From positions 806,001-870,000 of the forward strand of contig OZ024748.1 in the NCBI GenBank assembly GCA_964016885.1: a stretch of DNA of 64,000 nt. The letters are read 5' to 3'. This document shows, in pieces, positions 58,249 to 64,000 of this stretch (position 1 is the first letter of the stretch; every line of letters starts with the position of its first letter). The notes below the pieces were generated by a model, which saw only the letters and a list, made by a program, of their open reading frames with translations, was not told where the DNA came from and did no database searches. This DNA is from Eledone cirrhosa (taxonomy: Eukaryota). The translations under genes and the position numbers were made by a program.

Positions 58249-58435
58249 AATATATATATATATAAATATATATATATATTTAAATATATATATATATAAA
58301 TATATATATAAATATATATATTTAAATATATATATTTAAATATATATATATATAAATATATATATTTAAATATATATATATATAAATATATATATAAATA
58401 TATATATAAATATATATATAAATATATATATAAAT

Positions 58436-58545
<110 letters not shown>

Positions 58546-58571
58546 TTAAATATATATATATATATTTAAAT

Positions 58572-58604
<33 letters not shown>

Positions 58605-58621
58605 AATATATATATATAAAT

Positions 58622-58756
<135 letters not shown>

Positions 58757-58941
58757 TATAAATATATATATATATATAAATATATATATAAATATATATA
58801 TATATATAAATATATATATAAATATATATATATATATAAATATATATATAAATATATATATATATATAAATATATATATAAATATATATATAGATATATA
58901 TATAAATATATAAATATATATATAAATATATATATATATAT

Positions 58942-58972
<31 letters not shown>

Positions 58973-59007
58973 AATATATATATATAAATATATATAAATA
59001 TATATAA

Positions 59008-59066
<59 letters not shown>

Positions 59067-59124
59067 AATATATAAATATATATAAATATATAAATATATA
59101 TATATATATAAATATATATATATA

Positions 59125-59170
<46 letters not shown>

Positions 59171-59224
59171 TATAAATATATATAAATATATAAATATATA
59201 TATATATATAAATATATATATATA

Positions 59225-59344
<120 letters not shown>

Positions 59345-60286
59345 TATACACATATATATATATATATATTACTCATCTGTAGAAATGAGTACCAGCCTGC
59401 CCCGCCCTGCCAGTGGGATGGCATTAACTTATGGCTAAACAGCACAACGTGCTGTGCCCAGCGGCACCGATTGGCGCCCAACAGACTGGTCCGTCAAGGT
59501 GATATATATAATCAATATTTAAGTAATATAATATATATATATAATATATATATATATATATGTATGTATGTATGTATGTATTTGTGTTATATGTTGACTA
59601 GTGTCATGAAATTTTGTAAGAGCATTATTGAATACAAGTCTAAGCCCTTATCAATAACCTGTATTGCAATAGAAATATTACATAACAACTCCCATTATTT
59701 AAGATGTTGCCTGATGAAGTCACATTGGTAATTGCATGGTGGCAGCATTACGTTATTATTAATGCCCCAGAAATACGTATTTACAGAATAAAATGAATTA
59801 TGAATATCTACATCTAGCCTTCACATTTTTATCATTATTATTATAACTATTATTATTATTATTAATATTATATTTTTGTTTCAACTGTAAATAATGCTAT
59901 GGAAGTAAATTAGTTGATTTTTTAAACCCATTATGAACTATAAATTGAAAGTTTGTCTTGGTGTAGAATTTTAAAAAAATCCGGTAACAACATATACATC
60001 CTCATCTTATTTGTGATAAACACAATATTTCATTCTTTTGTAAATCTTTTTGACATTATATTGCATCAAGACATTTTAAAATAAGAAGTTAATTATATAA
60101 ACCTGTTATTTCTTCTCTTCCAATGGTGTTTCTTGTATCCAACCTCTTGGCAATCATTTGCTATCTAATCTATCGAACTCTTAAACATTTAGGGTATATA
60201 TACATTACATTATTTTTTTTTCCTTCTGTTGTTAAGAAAAAATATAATTGCACATGTCTCTAGCGAATATGTTACCCCTTTTTCAG

Positions 60287-60592
60287 CAAATGTTAAGAGT
60301 TGACTAAAAATGGTAAGTATATATTTGACAGACACTGCAGTGGGTTACACATTATGTAAATTGACATTGAAAGAATATTCAGTAACTGTACTCTTATGGT
60401 GTTGAATGATTTTGGTAAAAAAAGAAAAAAAAAAAAACTATTTATGAAAAATTTTTGTAACAGGCATTGACTGTTTCCTTTTTATGTCGGTTACCATTGA
60501 GACCTCTGGTATCATCTTCGGCCCCTGGACTGCCACCAAATCAGGAGTGCATCTCACCACCTATAAATGGAGCCCCCTATGTGCTAGAATGA
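60287..60592 (+). CDS. Candidate spliced small ORF/uORF: exon 60287-60312 (ends in ATG) joined to an exon from 60464; 43 aa MALTVSFLCRLPLRPLVSSSAPGLPPNQECISPPINGAPYVLE
   Basis: Acceptor cccctttttcag; aaaATG|GTAAGT consensus donor; 151-nt intron; acceptor tttttgtaacag; GC-richer unique exon open in phase 0 to TGA at 60590. Confidence 0.55.
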
Positions 60593-62170
60593 CTGATGCA
60601 GCAGTGGGTATTGCTGGCTGTTCTGTTCATCACAGTAATGCTATCTCCATCTTGCAGTGTACTACATGCAACTAACTGAGATATACTGTCCAGCCGAGGG
60701 TATAAAGTTTGTTCACTTCCTATTTTCCCAACTCTTTAAAAAAAAAAAAAATTCTTTTTTTTCTCATTCTTTTTGTCACTTTTGTGAATTTTCTTAAAGG
60801 AATAATTTTTTAAAATTCATATAATTACAATATTGCTTTAAATGTTTTTCATAAATGTTTTTTTTTTTACTAAAACATACCAAAAAAAAAAAAAATAGTC
60901 TCATTGCTGATATGTAAAACATCCAACACCATTTGTAGGCAGTTTCTATGTAGACTATAATTTTATCTGCAATTATTAGCATGGGTAATGCTGGCTTGAT
61001 ATTGTGTGTGTAAATCTTTTAAATGCTTTGGATATTTTCCTCACTGAGCATTCTTTAGAATTAAACCAAATGTTTAAAAGATAATTTTTATTTTTATATT
61101 TTGACTATATCATACATTATACACATAAATATATATATATATTCTTATCCTTGTCTTCTTGGAAAATATCTTTTCATTTAAGACAGCAATATTAAAATCA
61201 TAATTATTATTACTATTATTAGTCACTTTGTCATTATCAGAATAATTATGTAATTTATTGCTGTGTCTGAGTATGATTAGAAATAATAATATTTTAATTT
61301 ATCCACTATAATTTTTGTTCATTCTCCCTGCTTCACTTGCCAGCTAGGATGTTAGTTTTCAATCAAACCTAACAATCAAATCTTATTACTATGTTATTGA
61401 CACTATTTCCTCCTTGGTTATATACAAAGTGAAGTGTATTCCTCTCTCTCTTCATCTATCACCCCCTCCCCTCTTTCTCTGGTAATACTTGAACAGATAG
61501 TATTGAAATAATAATATAATAGTATATCACAGCAAAACACAACACAATAGTGTAAAATAATTGGAATTCTGTTAATTTTTATTGAGTAAACAATAGCATT
61601 AAAAATTTATGGTAGAGGTGTTTTGTTTAAGTATTTTTATATGTATGTAAACTAACTGGTAAGTATCTGTAGAATTTAGAATGCTCATTAATCAATGTAG
61701 CTATTTACCTATCCATACATCTCTCTGTATATATATATATATATATATATAGTATCATTGTCAGAAGTAATAAAACACTGTTTATCACTTGAATAAAAAA
61801 TATAATAAAACATTGTTTGTAATTTGAATCTAGTGCTTTTGGCCATCTCTTATATCTTGATAAGACCCATGACAGACAATAGCACTGGATTCCTTAAGAA
61901 AACAATGTTTTATTAGAGTTTTGATTCAAGAGATACATTGTTTTACTACTTCTTATTCTGACAATGGTTCACGATAAATATATTCTGTACACTACCGAAG
62001 ACATTTGCCCCTCCCCGCTCTCTCAACACACACACATATATATGTAGAACATTTGCAAAGAGGATATATTTTATATCACTTGGTATGGTAGTTACCCAGC
62101 AGAACCTGCATATTGAAAGGTGAAACTTATAAACAGAGCTGTCATAGCTAAAAATATAAAATAAAGCATT

Positions 62171-62213
<43 letters not shown>

Positions 62214-63160
62214 TATATTATATATATATATATATGTCTGTGTGTTATAAGGATGTTTTGCCCTATGGTTAAGCTTTTATAGTTTCGATAGCAAATGAAA
62301 CAAAGCTTAGCTGTAGGGCAGAAGATCCACAGCTTATAAGTATAGAATACTAACTTGAATAATGGTTTTAGCAGTCTCAACAAGTAACATTTCAAGTGTA
62401 TATATATTTAGTATACATACACACACAAATGCATGTAAATATGTGTTCAAATTCCAAATGAGAGATAAGAGCACTTATTCAATATGACAACTACTTTATA
62501 TATATATAGATATATATATCATGATGATGATGATATATATATAAATGAAAAGTATAGAAATTATTATGAGCAAGAAACACACAGTATTTCATAATATATA
62601 AGTGACTATAGCGTCAAAATGGGAAAATAGTTAACGTAAGATGTGGGGAAAAATAATTCAAACCCAATTCAAAAAGAATCAGATATAGATTCATCCAACA
62701 GAATTTAGTGAAATTCAGGGAAAAATCAATAGAGCCTTAACTCGTGATTAAATGAAGTTTAAAATACTCATCCTTCAATTTGGAAAAACTACAAATGCTC
62801 TGTATAGTCATGAAAAGACTATTTGACGAAACTTTCAGTAGGGATGGTCATGGTTGGATTCGATCATCAACAGAGCTCAACACAATAACCAAAATCTCAC
62901 TGATTATAATATGCCAAAAAGGGAATTTAAAAGCAGGCTAGTTCGACATCATGCGTAATTATGAAAATAAAACGCACATGTGGAGACAGGGCTGGTGACG
63001 TCAGAATGAGACGAATGTTTGTTTACATGAAATAACAGTCAAAAACATTCCGAAAAAAAACCTCTACAATTCAGTAAAAAGCAATATTATCGCGTTTAAA
63101 AAAAAAAAATAAAATAAATTTTTTATATATATATAAATTAGTTGTCATATCTATCTATAT

Positions 63161-63233
<73 letters not shown>

Positions 63234-63284
63234 TAGTTGTCATATATATATAAAATAAATAAATGAATAAATTAGTTGCCATAT

Positions 63285-63532
63285 ATCTATCTATCTAAGG
63301 CGGGTAAAATTCCCGAGATCCGTGGACGAGTTCTCTCCAGCGGTCTCTATCCCTCATTATCGCTGCCATGTCCTGCGTCTCCAACAGACCAGTGTCTGTC
63401 CTTAGGGCATCAACATACGTTAACCTTGGTCTTCCTCTTCTAGTGTGTCCATGTAGGGGCTCCCAAAGGAGCACTGAGTGCAATGTCAACTCTGGATGTC
63501 GGTGAGCATGTCCAGCTAACCTCAGTCTCCTC

Positions 63533-63537
<5 letters not shown>
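63285..63537 (-). mobile_element. 3' end of a fourth RTE-clade LINE with (ATAG)n tail
   Basis: QRRLRLAGH..RH......LLWEP.HG..RRGRP..TYVD.L..DTG......M.DRD.WR, then a stop and the atag repeat. Confidence 0.85.
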
Positions 63538-63572
<35 letters not shown>

Positions 63573-63590
63573 ATAAATTAGTTGTCATAT

Positions 63591-63974
63591 CATCATCATC
63601 ATTTTACGTTCACTTTTTCTCTGCTTGCAAAGGTGGGACGGGAACATATTCTGGCTTGATTTCTACAGCTGGATGCCCTTCCTAACACCAACCTCATTTT
63701 ACAGTGAGTGCTGGGTGCTTTTTTTCCGTGGCGCCTACATGTCCACTTTACAGTGTGGCTGGGTGGTTTTTTGCCGTGGCACCTCCACGACCACTTTGCA
63801 GTGGAATGATAGGGACCCCACTCCCTATCATCTCATTTCTACAGCTGAGTAAACTGGAGCAATGTGAAATAAAGTGTCTTGCTCAAGGATACAACACATC
63901 ACCCGGTCTGAGAATTGAACTCACAAACCTTTCGATTTCAAGCCCAATGCTCTAACTACTAAGCTATGTGCCTC
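63591..63974 (-). mobile_element. Full-length tRNA-SINE with RTE-A tail
   Basis: Reverse complement of the 8747-9128 family. Confidence 0.88.
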
Positions 63975-64000
63975 TCTTTCTCTCTCTCTCTCTCTCTCTC

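Noticed and set aside
59704-59748. atgttgc-CTGATGA...gcagcat possible hammerhead relic
   Set aside because: The GAAA core is absent and stem II is weak; too decayed to call.
60590-60680. TGA read-through or selenocysteine extending the 43-aa ORF into a hydrophobic tail
   Set aside because: No SECIS element or strong read-through context (TGA CTA G) seen; unsupported.

Overview
AT-rich eukaryotic DNA, most likely a coleoid cephalopod such as Octopus. This is inferred from the repeat landscape: kb-long (TA)n/(TATG)n tracts, RTE LINEs with (GAT)n tails and tRNA-derived SINEs. The window is largely intron-like. It holds at least four RTE-clade LINE families, three of which carry a PHD finger inside the reverse transcriptase. 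It also holds a CR1/L2-group LINE (CCCH-finger ORF1, APE+RT ORF2, candidate -1 frameshift), a Penelope-like GIY-YIG element, modular SINEs, and piggyBac-, Tigger- and mariner-type MITEs. A few candidate host exons are present, including a spliced 43-aa uORF-like peptide near 60.3-60.6 kb. Two things stand out. First, there are about 6 well-formed and 2 decayed type-I hammerhead ribozyme motifs, many with an unusual U-U pair closing stem II, often next to snap-back inversions at (TA)n tracts; one sits in a 428-bp perfect palindrome. Second, a covarying array of H-type pseudoknots and anticodon-loop-like hairpins lies in the RTE 3' UTRs and is shared with SINEs. Nearly all long Y/I/M/C/V/H/T-rich ORFs in the track are microsatellite artefacts. 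All folds and family assignments were made by eye and are unverified by computation.
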